The notes below the pieces were generated by a model that saw only the letters and a program-made list of their open reading frames with translations, had not been told where the DNA came from and ran no database searches. A stretch of 64,000 bases of DNA from an uncultured Aminicenantes bacterium (lineage in GTDB: Bacteria; Acidobacteriota; Aminicenantia; UBA2199), in assembly GCA_965195285.1 (NCBI GenBank), contig CBDAFS010000012.1:76056-140055 (forward strand), in the 5' to 3' direction. Positions 29,238 to 38,448 of this stretch are shown piece after piece. Made by a program: the position numbers and the translations under genes. How positions within the stretch are numbered: the first letter of the stretch is position 1; the number at the start of each line of letters is the position of its first letter.

Positions 29238-32192
29238 TTACCTTTGGACAGGTTCCAAATGTTGGTCTAGCCAATTAAGTACTTCTTTAATAAGTTGATT
29301 TCGAGGCACAAAATGTCCTGAATCATAGGTGATTTTTCGTTTAAGTTTCTGTGATGTTCCGAGTAGTTCAAACATTGGTCTTTGAGATGTTTTGTATATA
29401 AAACTGGCATCATATTTTCCATTTAACATGAGTACCGGAATCTTCATGCGAGGAAGAAAAGTAAAGGGATCAACTTCCGGAAGATGCTTTTTGGAACTCA
29501 GCCCGGCAACATATAGGACACATACCTTAATACGTTTTTCAATAGCGACCATTAAGGGGCCCAATCGGCCTCCCCAACTGAAACCGTAATAGGCGAGTTT
29601 GGCCGTATCGATATCGATGCGGGTTTCCAGATAATCAATAGACCGCGCTAAATCTTTGTACCATTGAATCACATGTTCTTTGTAGGCAATTTCACTTTGG
29701 GAAGTTGATCTTTCCTTATAACGGCGCTCATAAGTACCCTTGAAAACAGGATAGATCACCGCACGTCCATCTCTTACAATAAAATCTATATTATTGAGAG
29801 TCAACAACGATGTACTGGACAACATACGGAGGGCGGAAGCACCTGGAAAATACACGACAACCTGATAGGGTGGTTTAATATTGTTGGGAAGAAAAAGGTA
29901 GGCAATAACACGCTCATTACCATAGGCGGCATCAAATGAAATCTTTTGTTTTATCCAGATTTCTTTACTATGGTCTTCAGATTCGATTACTGCATTCAAA
30001 TCTGTCTTATCATAAGCGTACATCCTCTTAAAAATCTCAAATTCTTGATCAGATACCGGCTGTTCACTCATAAAATCTCTGGGAACTTTTGATTTTATCG
30101 GACTTTTGAGAATCGTCAGGTTTTCATCGGTTTCATGATAAGTAACACAACGAAATCCATTCATTGGAGACCGATCAAACGACGGCTGCGAATAATGCTT
30201 ATCAGTGAACATATAAGGCGGGTCGCTCCAACCACCCCCTAAGGTAAGACGTTGCCCACTCAGGCTGCTTTTATTCCAGCACCATTCCCGTGCATTGCCG
30301 GCCATATCATGAGTTCCGAAGGAACTCATCGCATGATTGGTGCCCTTCGGAAGGGAACCGGAATTGTTGAAATTGCTTGCCAGAATTACAAATGAATTAC
30401 CATGGGACATGTCGAATTCCCCGAGCATTTTTGGAAGACGCTGACGAGTATCTAGTCCCGCAGCCCTTCTCCAGTGGTAATAGGTTGGCAGTGACTTTCC
30501 CATAAAATCAGCATAGGCTTCCGCTTCATACCAACACACACCCGTTACCGGATAATCACCCTCGCCCTCCGGATAATCCCCGGCTTGCCATGTGGCCGGG
30601 CCGGGCCGACCGGTCTGATCAATGAATAGAGCAACGGCTTCGTTCCAGGAAAGGGTTTGTTCATCTTTCATGAAAGATTGTTTCCAGTACTGCTTATTTC
30701 TATATCCACCACTATCTACAAACCTCTTATATTCACTATTAGTAACCTCATATTTATCAATTAGATAGTCTTTGATTTGCACTTCATGGATATCTTCACG
30801 ATTTTGAAGGGTTACCTGAATTCTCACACTGGGTATACGCACCATGGACTCAGGAATATTTCCATTCTCATCAAGCAGGTAACGCCTTTGATTAAGTTGA
30901 TCCGAACTCGTTGCGTCATAAATGGTTCGGAATCCTTTTTTCTCAATTTTTATTCTGGAAAAACCAATCGGAAATCTGATGTTATCCAGTGGTGTTACTC
31001 CGGCATATTGCCAATCTTCCCCGTCTTTTGCGTTATATTCTTTCCAGAATATATTTGCATTGTTTGGTTCTGAACGAATAGTAAGATACCTCGAGAAGCG
31101 CGGCCAGAGTTTGACCAGCATGGGATCGTCAGGGATATGTTGCTTTGCCTTTGTGGCCAATTTAAAAGCAGTACTATAATGACCCTCTTCGGCAAGCCGT
31201 TCGATTTCAGGTATAACTTCATTTTTTGCCTCACGGATTTCAGTAAGACGATGAGTAAACCGTATCAGGAGAAAAGAAATTGCGAGAATAATAAGAGTAA
31301 ATGGAATAGCAAGTTTTGGCTTTTTGAATAATTTTAATATGTTCTTTATCTTTTTAAACCGAATGGGTGGTGTTTTAGACGTGGGTTGAAAATTCATCAG
31401 GTCCTTTAAGAGTTCGGTTATGGTAGAATAGCGTGATTTCGGATCTTTTTCGAGCGACCGAAGAATGATTCGTTCAAAATCTTCCGGTAGATTATTTTGA
31501 AATTCTCTTGGATGTTTCGGGTCCTCATTCATAATCGAATACACCACCGCCTGTTCATATTCTCCCTTAAAAGGTAATTGTTCTGCAATCATTTCGTATA
31601 AAATCACTCCAAAAGACCAGATATCTGTTTTATAATCCACTTCGTCTCCACTCGCTTGCTCCGGAGACATATAGGCTACGGTTCCAAGTGTAGATTGTGT
31701 TTTGGTCAATTTAGTTCGTCCGGACAACTTGGCTAAACCAAAGTCAAGAATTTTTACTACGCCCTCAGTTGTGATAAAAATATTAGCAGGTTTTATATCT
31801 CTATGGATGATTCCTTTTTTATGTGCTTTTTCCAAACCTTCTGATATTTGGATCGATATATCAACCGTTTCATCAAAATTTAATGTTCTCCGGCTAATTT
31901 TTTCCTTTAGTGTTTCGCCTTCATAATAATCCATACATATGAAAAAGCGCCCATCATCAGTTTTATTTATTTCATGAATAGTGCAAATGTTATTGTGTTG
32001 GAGTGATGATGCAGATTGGGCCTCACGAATGAAACGTTCCTCGGTTTCTTTGTCTCTGGTCAATTCCGGTGGTAAAAACTTTAACGCTACATTGCGTTTT
32101 AGGTTGGTGTCCTCAGCTTTGTAAACCACTCCCATACCACCGGAACCAATTATGTCGAGAATTTTATAATTAGAAATGGTTTTGCCAATCAT
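29238..32192 (-). CDS. Ser/Thr protein kinase - TM - FGE-sulfatase-like domain - alpha/beta hydrolase fusion
   Basis: Kinase motifs GSGGMG, HRDIKPAN and DFG; TM; FGE-like EVTNSEY...DMAGNAREW...GFRC; hydrolase GFSWGG, GKYD and GH. Confidence 0.88.
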   Translation of the reverse strand: MIGKTISNYKILDIIGSGGMGVVYKAEDTNLKRNVALKFLPPELTRDKETEERFIREAQSASSLQHNNICTIHEINKTDDGRFFICMDYYEGETLKEKISRRTLNFDETVDISIQISEGLEKAHKKGIIHRDIKPANIFITTEGVVKILDFGLAKLSGRTKLTKTQSTLGTVAYMSPEQASGDEVDYKTDIWSFGVILYEMIAEQLPFKGEYEQAVVYSIMNEDPKHPREFQNNLPEDFERIILRSLEKDPKSRYSTITELLKDLMNFQPTSKTPPIRFKKIKNILKLFKKPKLAIPFTLIILAISFLLIRFTHRLTEIREAKNEVIPEIERLAEEGHYSTAFKLATKAKQHIPDDPMLVKLWPRFSRYLTIRSEPNNANIFWKEYNAKDGEDWQYAGVTPLDNIRFPIGFSRIKIEKKGFRTIYDATSSDQLNQRRYLLDENGNIPESMVRIPSVRIQVTLQNREDIHEVQIKDYLIDKYEVTNSEYKRFVDSGGYRNKQYWKQSFMKDEQTLSWNEAVALFIDQTGRPGPATWQAGDYPEGEGDYPVTGVCWYEAEAYADFMGKSLPTYYHWRRAAGLDTRQRLPKMLGEFDMSHGNSFVILASNFNNSGSLPKGTNHAMSSFGTHDMAGNAREWCWNKSSLSGQRLTLGGGWSDPPYMFTDKHYSQPSFDRSPMNGFRCVTYHETDENLTILKSPIKSKVPRDFMSEQPVSDQEFEIFKRMYAYDKTDLNAVIESEDHSKEIWIKQKISFDAAYGNERVIAYLFLPNNIKPPYQVVVYFPGASALRMLSSTSLLTLNNIDFIVRDGRAVIYPVFKGTYERRYKERSTSQSEIAYKEHVIQWYKDLARSIDYLETRIDIDTAKLAYYGFSWGGRLGPLMVAIEKRIKVCVLYVAGLSSKKHLPEVDPFTFLPRMKIPVLMLNGKYDASFIYKTSQRPMFELLGTSQKLKRKITYDSGHFVPRNQLIKEVLNWLDQHLEPVQR

Positions 32193-32310
32193 TATTACCT
32201 CGTAAATTATTTAAAAATTCTACCACTTTTAGATCTGATTTTTATAACAGTATAACACAACGATAACCGGATTTAAACGCCTTATGGATTTTCAAAGAGG
32301 GGTCCAAAAA

Positions 32311-32356
32311 GGGGTCAGATCTTGGATTTTGCATTGTTAATTAAAAGACCTGACCC
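32311..32356. repeat. REP-like inverted pair (hairpin element)
   Basis: GGGGTCAGATCTT...AAGACCTGACCC imperfect inverted repeat just after the DUF1302 stop. Confidence 0.65.
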
Positions 32357-32369
32357 AGAATATGAATAA

Positions 32370-33617
32370 TTAAAAACTGTATTTAATCTTTACATATACC
32401 ATGTCGTTTTTATTGAACTGTCCGAACATGCCTTTGTCGCCGGTAAAAATATTTGCTCCGAGCAACACATCAAAACCGTCAAAAAGTTTATAGGTCACTT
32501 TTCCGCGTATAAGCGCATCTCCATTATTCAGGCCTACATAAGTGAACAATTCAAGGAACAATGTTTCCCTTAACAAATCTTTGGAAGCGAGAAAAGTCAT
32601 CATATTTTCCGCACGGTCATTTAAAATCGGATCTTCATAATCCAGTATCAGCTGCTGAATGAACTGAATGCTCATTTTAATATCCAACAGTGTAAAATCA
32701 ACTCCGAGCAGGTAATGTAAATAATTTTTTTCAACTACCCCTTCTTCAAGCATGGGATCCTCTGATAAAAAATATTTTCCAAAATACCAAGCCCCTTCTC
32801 CTTTTATTACGAAGCTTCCGAGTGTTGTACCAAAACTCCCCCCGACAAGCCCTAAACGGTGGTGCTCCGGAATAACTGTTATCGAGTCGGGCTGCAATGT
32901 TACCGGATCAATATTCTTTACTGTATGCATTGTAGGGTCATCATCCCACATATATCCACCCATAATGTCGAAGTCCAGTGCAGAGGTCACAGCGGAATAT
33001 TTGAGGAATACTTCACTGTTCTTAACGCTTTTGGATACCTCCTCCCTGGAATAATCAAACTCAGGTTGAAGCGGAAGATCAAACCCGGGATTCCATATTG
33101 AATCCTCATCCGGGAACCTGGTGGGTGTAAAAACCGGTACCCAGACAAACTCAATAGTACTATCACCTATATAGTAATCAGCTTTTAGGGATGTTATCCC
33201 AATCCGGATCTCATCAAATTCGGGAAGCAAAAATTCCCTGAGGTCTTTAGGTGAGATAACATCAGTGATAAAAACCCCGTCTGCTTTTCCCCAAATGATC
33301 TGCTGCTTTCCGATCCGGATATCCATCGAATTAAAAAAAATATCAATATAGGCCTGGCGCAGCCCTATCTCCAGGTCCTGATCCGGATACTGGTAAATGT
33401 AAGGATTGACTTTAAATGCTATTTTCTCTTTTGAATGATCCAGGTTTAAATTAAATGTGTTCTGGATTATGGCAAAATCGTTTCCGGCTGATAACAGTAT
33501 CCCGGAATAATTCCTTACATAACCGGTAAGGTTAAGTGAGCCTGCATTTAATCCAACCAAAGGAGTCAGCAGGAATACCAATATCCCTACTGTTATAAAT
33601 GTTCGGTTCCGCATCAC
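32370..33617 (-). CDS. DUF1302-like outer membrane beta-barrel protein
   Basis: Signal peptide, LRQAYID...RIGKQQIIWGKADG motif, terminal KYSF. Confidence 0.78.
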   Translation of the reverse strand: MMRNRTFITVGILVFLLTPLVGLNAGSLNLTGYVRNYSGILLSAGNDFAIIQNTFNLNLDHSKEKIAFKVNPYIYQYPDQDLEIGLRQAYIDIFFNSMDIRIGKQQIIWGKADGVFITDVISPKDLREFLLPEFDEIRIGITSLKADYYIGDSTIEFVWVPVFTPTRFPDEDSIWNPGFDLPLQPEFDYSREEVSKSVKNSEVFLKYSAVTSALDFDIMGGYMWDDDPTMHTVKNIDPVTLQPDSITVIPEHHRLGLVGGSFGTTLGSFVIKGEGAWYFGKYFLSEDPMLEEGVVEKNYLHYLLGVDFTLLDIKMSIQFIQQLILDYEDPILNDRAENMMTFLASKDLLRETLFLELFTYVGLNNGDALIRGKVTYKLFDGFDVLLGANIFTGDKGMFGQFNKNDMVYVKIKYSF

Positions 33618-34396
33618 AGGCCTCTCTTCATCATCCTTTCGGTAAACTGTCTGGCCGGAATACCTGTATTAATCATCATATCTGAAAGTTCCATCAGTGT
33701 TGAGTGTTTTTTCTGAACATTGTACATCTCAGAATCGAGGATCGTCCAGAATCCGCTGATTTTTTCATGTTTCCTGATTTTCAGAATCTTTAACAATTCT
33801 CCGTCTTCATCATAGAATTCCCTTTGTAACCCTATCCATTTATCTTTAATAATCCAGGTTATTGTCCGCGAATACATATATTCCTCATCTTTTGTTTTAC
33901 TCTCAACAACATAACAGTCTTCACCTTTGAAGTTCTCTTCCCTTAATAACCTGTGGTTATCCTCATTGGGATGCCTATCACCAAGATCATCATAAGTAAA
34001 ATCCGAACCCATAAAATAATCACTTTTACTGTCACTGGAAATTCTTTTTACCCTTTTAAGAGCTGGCAGATAAATCCACTGGTCATCATCTTTCCCCTCT
34101 TCAACATAACTCCAGTTCATAAATGATGTATTTCTTACATCAGCTGGTGAAATAAAGAACATAATACTCTTCTCTACTTTTCCGAAATCCTTGGTAAACT
34201 GTTTTATCTTTCTAACCCGTTTATTTCCATGAGAATTGATAAGGGTCATGGTAAGATTACCCCTGCTGTCATTCCCATCATCCCGGTTATAAACTTTTTC
34301 CATGATCTGTAATCCTGTATGTTCCGCTCCGGTTACCGTGAGTACCGGCAGAAGAATAAAACTTAAAACCAAAATCTGAATTCTTTTTACTGACAT
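33614..34396 (-). CDS. Outer membrane lipoprotein-sorting (LolA-like) protein
   Basis: DDQWIYLPALKRVKRI...FMGSDFTYDDL signature. Confidence 0.85.
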   Translation of the reverse strand: MSVKRIQILVLSFILLPVLTVTGAEHTGLQIMEKVYNRDDGNDSRGNLTMTLINSHGNKRVRKIKQFTKDFGKVEKSIMFFISPADVRNTSFMNWSYVEEGKDDDQWIYLPALKRVKRISSDSKSDYFMGSDFTYDDLGDRHPNEDNHRLLREENFKGEDCYVVESKTKDEEYMYSRTITWIIKDKWIGLQREFYDEDGELLKILKIRKHEKISGFWTILDSEMYNVQKKHSTLMELSDMMINTGIPARQFTERMMKRGL

Positions 34397-34397
34397 T

Positions 34398-36713
34398 TCA
34401 AACCTCCTGTTTTCTGTTTGTTTTGTTTTTATCTTTTTTAAAATATAGATTTGACATGTAAAGAAGCAGATACATTATTGAAACAGTGCCGACAAAACTT
34501 GTGAACATATTCATGGATACAAGTGCTCCGAGTGACCGGTTAGGCGGGAAAGCGGAGAATAAAAGTACTAAAAATCCTGTAATTACAACAAGGGCATTAA
34601 ACACTATGGCCCTACCGGAGTGCTGCATAGTAAGTTCTCTTGCAATAATCTTATCCCCTGTTTCAATAGAATATATCTTATATCTTTCAATAAAATGAAC
34701 CGCATAATCAATCCCTATTCCGACTGCAATACTGGATAACAACGCTGTAGTTGTGCTCAGGGGAATATTGAATAATCCCATTACCCCGAAACTTATCAAT
34801 GCAGTGATAACGATAGGGACAGACCCGATAAATCCTGCAAGAACTTTTTTAAACATTATCGAGAGGAGAATTATGATCATTACAAGTGATATCAACAGGC
34901 TCAATATCTGCCCCAATAGTATCAGGTCGGTAAAAACAAGCCCCTTGTATCCGGAACCTGCATAGTTGATCTTAACTCCAAGTTCATTTAGCTTCGTCAT
35001 ATACCTCTCAATAACTCCTATTGCACTCTTCATCACTTTTGAGTCATCACTTTTCAGCTGGAGAATAACATTCATTTTTTTATAATCATAATTTACAACC
35101 TTCCAGAGATTCTCAGGATCTCCTGACATTTCGTATAGAAGCAGATATTGAGCAACCAGATTTTTTGAATCAGGAATAGAATTGAACTCTTCTTTATCCG
35201 CATGCATCACCTTATTCATTCTTTTCAGGTAATCGGTAAGAGAGAAAGAATTACCCACCATCTCCTGTTTTTCAACATCTTTCTGTATATCGTCAATAAC
35301 CCTGAGAATAGCCGGGTTTTTGAAGGCATCTTTTTCCCGGGAATCGAGAATAACATTTAAAGTCGATGTGCCACCGAAATGGGAATTTATAAATTTATCA
35401 GTTTGAACAATATCACTATCCTTTTCAAACTTATCAAGGAAACTTGAATTGATCCAGACCTTTCCGATCCCTATGAAAGACAGGATAATGATCGTCAATG
35501 TGATAAAAATAGTCAGGTATTTATATTTTATTATCCATTTTGAAAATACGGTACCAAAACTATTTTTGATTGATCTATCCTTTGTCTTATTTTTATATTT
35601 CCACCCGGGAAGCCCGACTGCCATTAATCCCGCAGGGATCAGTAACAGTGAGAAGAACATGGCCATCACAACTCCGAATGCGGTAAATAATCCGAAATAT
35701 TTTATCGGGTAAACCTGGGAAGTAATTAAAGAAATAAAACCGACTGCTGTAGTAACAGAGGTCATGACAACCGGTTTCCACATCCCGTGGAACATGTCTG
35801 CTATCGCATCAATTTTTGAAGCAGAGGGGTTTTTTTTCATGAACAGATGTAAATGACTGAAAAGATGTATCCCGTCTGCAACACCGATCGCAATCAGCAT
35901 TACCGGGATCATTGTCGAAACTGAATATATCGGGATATTTAATATTGCCATTAATCCGAATGTAAGAACAGTACTGAATAAAACTACAAGCAGCGTGAGA
36001 ATGGTTGCCTTGATACTTCTTAATAACAGCAGGAGTACAATGCTGATTAAAAGTATAACGATCGGTACCATCTTCCGCATGTCTTTCGGGCCCAGGTATG
36101 CCAGGGTTCCCTCAACTATCGGGGTTCCGGCAACATAAATCCTTTCCGGCCCCTCATATTTTTTAGAAAGTTCCAGTATCCGGTGATAAAATTCCTGTGA
36201 AAAAACATCATCTTTGATCTCTGCAATTACAAGTGTTACGCTTTCATCTACCGATACAAGGCGCCCAAAGATCATATCATTACCACGTACTGCGGAAGCC
36301 ATTTTTTCCAATTGCCCGGTACTTTTCGGAACACTCTTAAAAAAGGGCTTAACATCCATTCCGTCTTCTGTCCCTGTGATATTGTCTGCAGTGAATAGCG
36401 ATGTCACATCGCTTTTTTCTATCTCTTTCATTTTCTGCAGTTCTTTTGTGAGGTCTTTTATCTTTTTAATTGTACCGGGATTATATATCCCCTGCTTATT
36501 TTCAATGGCAATAATTATCCCGTCTTTTATGTTGAACCACTCTTCGGCTTGGCTACTATAGATGAATGCAGGATGTTCCTGCGGCATATATTCATCCAGG
36601 TCGGTCTCCATCCGGGTATTTGATCTCATTGCCATAAAAAATCCGACAATTATGATTAATATCGCCAGCAATACGATCTTATTGAATTTTGTAATCAGTT
36701 TTAATATTTTCAT
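34398..36713 (-). CDS. MMPL/RND family transporter
   Basis: Two TM repeats with AIGVADGIH and GIGIDYAVH motifs and two periplasmic loops. Confidence 0.88.
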   Translation of the reverse strand: MKILKLITKFNKIVLLAILIIIVGFFMAMRSNTRMETDLDEYMPQEHPAFIYSSQAEEWFNIKDGIIIAIENKQGIYNPGTIKKIKDLTKELQKMKEIEKSDVTSLFTADNITGTEDGMDVKPFFKSVPKSTGQLEKMASAVRGNDMIFGRLVSVDESVTLVIAEIKDDVFSQEFYHRILELSKKYEGPERIYVAGTPIVEGTLAYLGPKDMRKMVPIVILLISIVLLLLLRSIKATILTLLVVLFSTVLTFGLMAILNIPIYSVSTMIPVMLIAIGVADGIHLFSHLHLFMKKNPSASKIDAIADMFHGMWKPVVMTSVTTAVGFISLITSQVYPIKYFGLFTAFGVVMAMFFSLLLIPAGLMAVGLPGWKYKNKTKDRSIKNSFGTVFSKWIIKYKYLTIFITLTIIILSFIGIGKVWINSSFLDKFEKDSDIVQTDKFINSHFGGTSTLNVILDSREKDAFKNPAILRVIDDIQKDVEKQEMVGNSFSLTDYLKRMNKVMHADKEEFNSIPDSKNLVAQYLLLYEMSGDPENLWKVVNYDYKKMNVILQLKSDDSKVMKSAIGVIERYMTKLNELGVKINYAGSGYKGLVFTDLILLGQILSLLISLVMIIILLSIMFKKVLAGFIGSVPIVITALISFGVMGLFNIPLSTTTALLSSIAVGIGIDYAVHFIERYKIYSIETGDKIIARELTMQHSGRAIVFNALVVITGFLVLLFSAFPPNRSLGALVSMNMFTSFVGTVSIMYLLLYMSNLYFKKDKNKTNRKQEV

Positions 36714-36768
36714 TATTTTTACTCCTTTATGCAGTTAATACCAATTACCATTTGCGGTAATAAAAATC

Positions 36769-37362
36769 TTATCTGCGATTTTCTGTTATTAATATCTTTA
36801 TGGTATTCCAAAATTTTATCCCCTGTTTTTCAATATTAAAAGAGTGATTTGATAACCTCCATTTTTTAACTATCAGCCTTAATCCACCCATTATAATATT
36901 GGTAATCTGCTCCTCATGAATATCACTCCTGATCTCTGATTTTTTCTGTCCATCCCGGATTATTACCAGTATTCTATCAAAATTTGATCTCATTATTGAA
37001 AATATCTTTTTTGCCAGTTTTTTATCATCCCTGAATATTTCCTCGGAAAAGATCACAGCTGCAAAAGCAGGGTTTTTTGCAAAGTGAGAAAAATGGGTGT
37101 CAACAATTTCCCTGAGTTTATCAATCGAGGAGACTTCTTCATTCTGAATAAAGTCATTCTCAATTGGAATGAACTTTTCAAATTGCGTTAAAATAGCAAT
37201 AAGGATATCCATTTTACTCTCAAAGTGCCTATATATGGCCGGTTCCGAAATTCCTATTGATCTTGAGAGGTTCTTTATTGTAAGGTTCTGTATTCCTTTT
37301 TCCGAAATAATATCGATCGAGGCTTTTATAATTTCTTCCTGTCTTTCTGTAAAAAGTTTCAT
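36769..37362 (-). CDS. TetR/AcrR family transcriptional regulator
   Basis: HTH motif IGISEPAIYRHFESK. Confidence 0.92.
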   Translation of the reverse strand: MKLFTERQEEIIKASIDIISEKGIQNLTIKNLSRSIGISEPAIYRHFESKMDILIAILTQFEKFIPIENDFIQNEEVSSIDKLREIVDTHFSHFAKNPAFAAVIFSEEIFRDDKKLAKKIFSIMRSNFDRILVIIRDGQKKSEIRSDIHEEQITNIIMGGLRLIVKKWRLSNHSFNIEKQGIKFWNTIKILITENRR

Positions 37363-37378
37363 TTTTAGTTTTCCTCAT

Positions 37379-37398
37379 GTTAGTTAATATTCACTAAC
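37379..37398. promoter_or_regulatory. Probable TetR operator
   Basis: GTTAGTTAATATTCACTAAC, a 20-bp palindrome with one mismatched pair, lying between a TTGACA-N17-TATTGT promoter and the tetR RBS. Confidence 0.7.
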
Positions 37399-37571
37399 CA
37401 CAATAATATAAAAATGTTGCGGTGTCAACAAAAAAATATTTTTTTCTCATTTTTTCCCCTTTCCCTAATTTCAATATTCAAAAAATTAATAAATTAACAA
37501 TCCATCCCCAATTTTTTATTGTTGGTGGTTTTATATTTGAATATCCGAAGAATTTACCCGCCTGTTCCTAT

Positions 37572-37666
37572 TGTCAAAATGTCAAGCACCGTCACCCCTT
37601 GCTGACATATTGCTTTTGAAGGGTAAAATGAATCGAATTTTTGAGACAGCCTCAAAGACTTGACCC
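37572..37666 (-). repeat. REP-like remnants with a possible IS terminal repeat
   Basis: Minus strand GGGTCAAGTCTTT followed directly by GAGGCTGTCTCAAAA, then AAGGGGTGACGGTGCTTGACATTTTGACA; no transposase ORF. Confidence 0.4.
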
Positions 37667-37677
37667 ATATTATTCTA

Positions 37678-38448
37678 TTATTGTAGTCCGGAATAGATTT
37701 TCAGAAAGTCCGGTAATCCCAGTTGTTCGGCCCGGAGGTTATTCTTGATTTTTCCGCTGCAAAAGGTCGCATTCAGTTTATCCTTTCCGTAGACCCCGCT
37801 GAGATTGTTGAACAGGGTTTTTCGTCTGGATTTGAAAGCCTGTTGCAGGAATTGATAAAATTCTCCCTGGCTCGGGATTTTGTCCTGACCGGGTCTGGGT
37901 TGAAAGTTGAATACAGTTGAGATGACATCCGGAGGCGGAGAGAATGAACCCGGTTTGACATCGCAGATTTTTTTGGATTGAAATAGTGTCCGGAACATCA
38001 GGGACCGGGCATTATTGGACTTCGAATTGGAAATTCGAATGGTTTTGACCACAAATTCCCTCTGCATCATGAGGATTCCCCTGCGGATAAATCGGCTCTG
38101 GCGGATTATCCAGTCGATCAATTCTTTTGAAATATAAAATGGGATATTTCCAATCAAATTTAATTTTTCTCTGAACAATAATTTGTCCAGTTCAATGTCC
38201 AGTATATCGGCATTGATTATCAGGCAATTCTCCCGGTACTTTTTCTGGATTTCCTCGGCCAGAGACCTGTCCTTCTCCACCAGTATCAACTTGTTATTTC
38301 CCCGGTGTCGGATCAATAGATCGGATAAAATTCCCCTGCCCGGTCCGATTTCCAGAATGGGTCCTTGGGCTGGAAACAGATTTAAGATCATCTTACTGGC
38401 AATATTCTGATTGATCAGGAAATGCTGGCCCAGGGGTGTAGGATTCAT
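37678..38448 (-). CDS. rsmA: 16S rRNA m6,2A dimethyltransferase
   Basis: LGQHFL, LEIGPGRG, GNIPFYI, FSPPPDV and RRKTL motifs. Confidence 0.92.
   Translation of the reverse strand: MNPTPLGQHFLINQNIASKMILNLFPAQGPILEIGPGRGILSDLLIRHRGNNKLILVEKDRSLAEEIQKKYRENCLIINADILDIELDKLLFREKLNLIGNIPFYISKELIDWIIRQSRFIRRGILMMQREFVVKTIRISNSKSNNARSLMFRTLFQSKKICDVKPGSFSPPPDVISTVFNFQPRPGQDKIPSQGEFYQFLQQAFKSRRKTLFNNLSGVYGKDKLNATFCSGKIKNNLRAEQLGLPDFLKIYSGLQ

Noticed and set aside
23870-37670. Integron cassette array or CRISPR array
   Set aside because: No integrase or cas genes, no recognisable attC structure, and the repeats are few, degenerate and kilobases apart.
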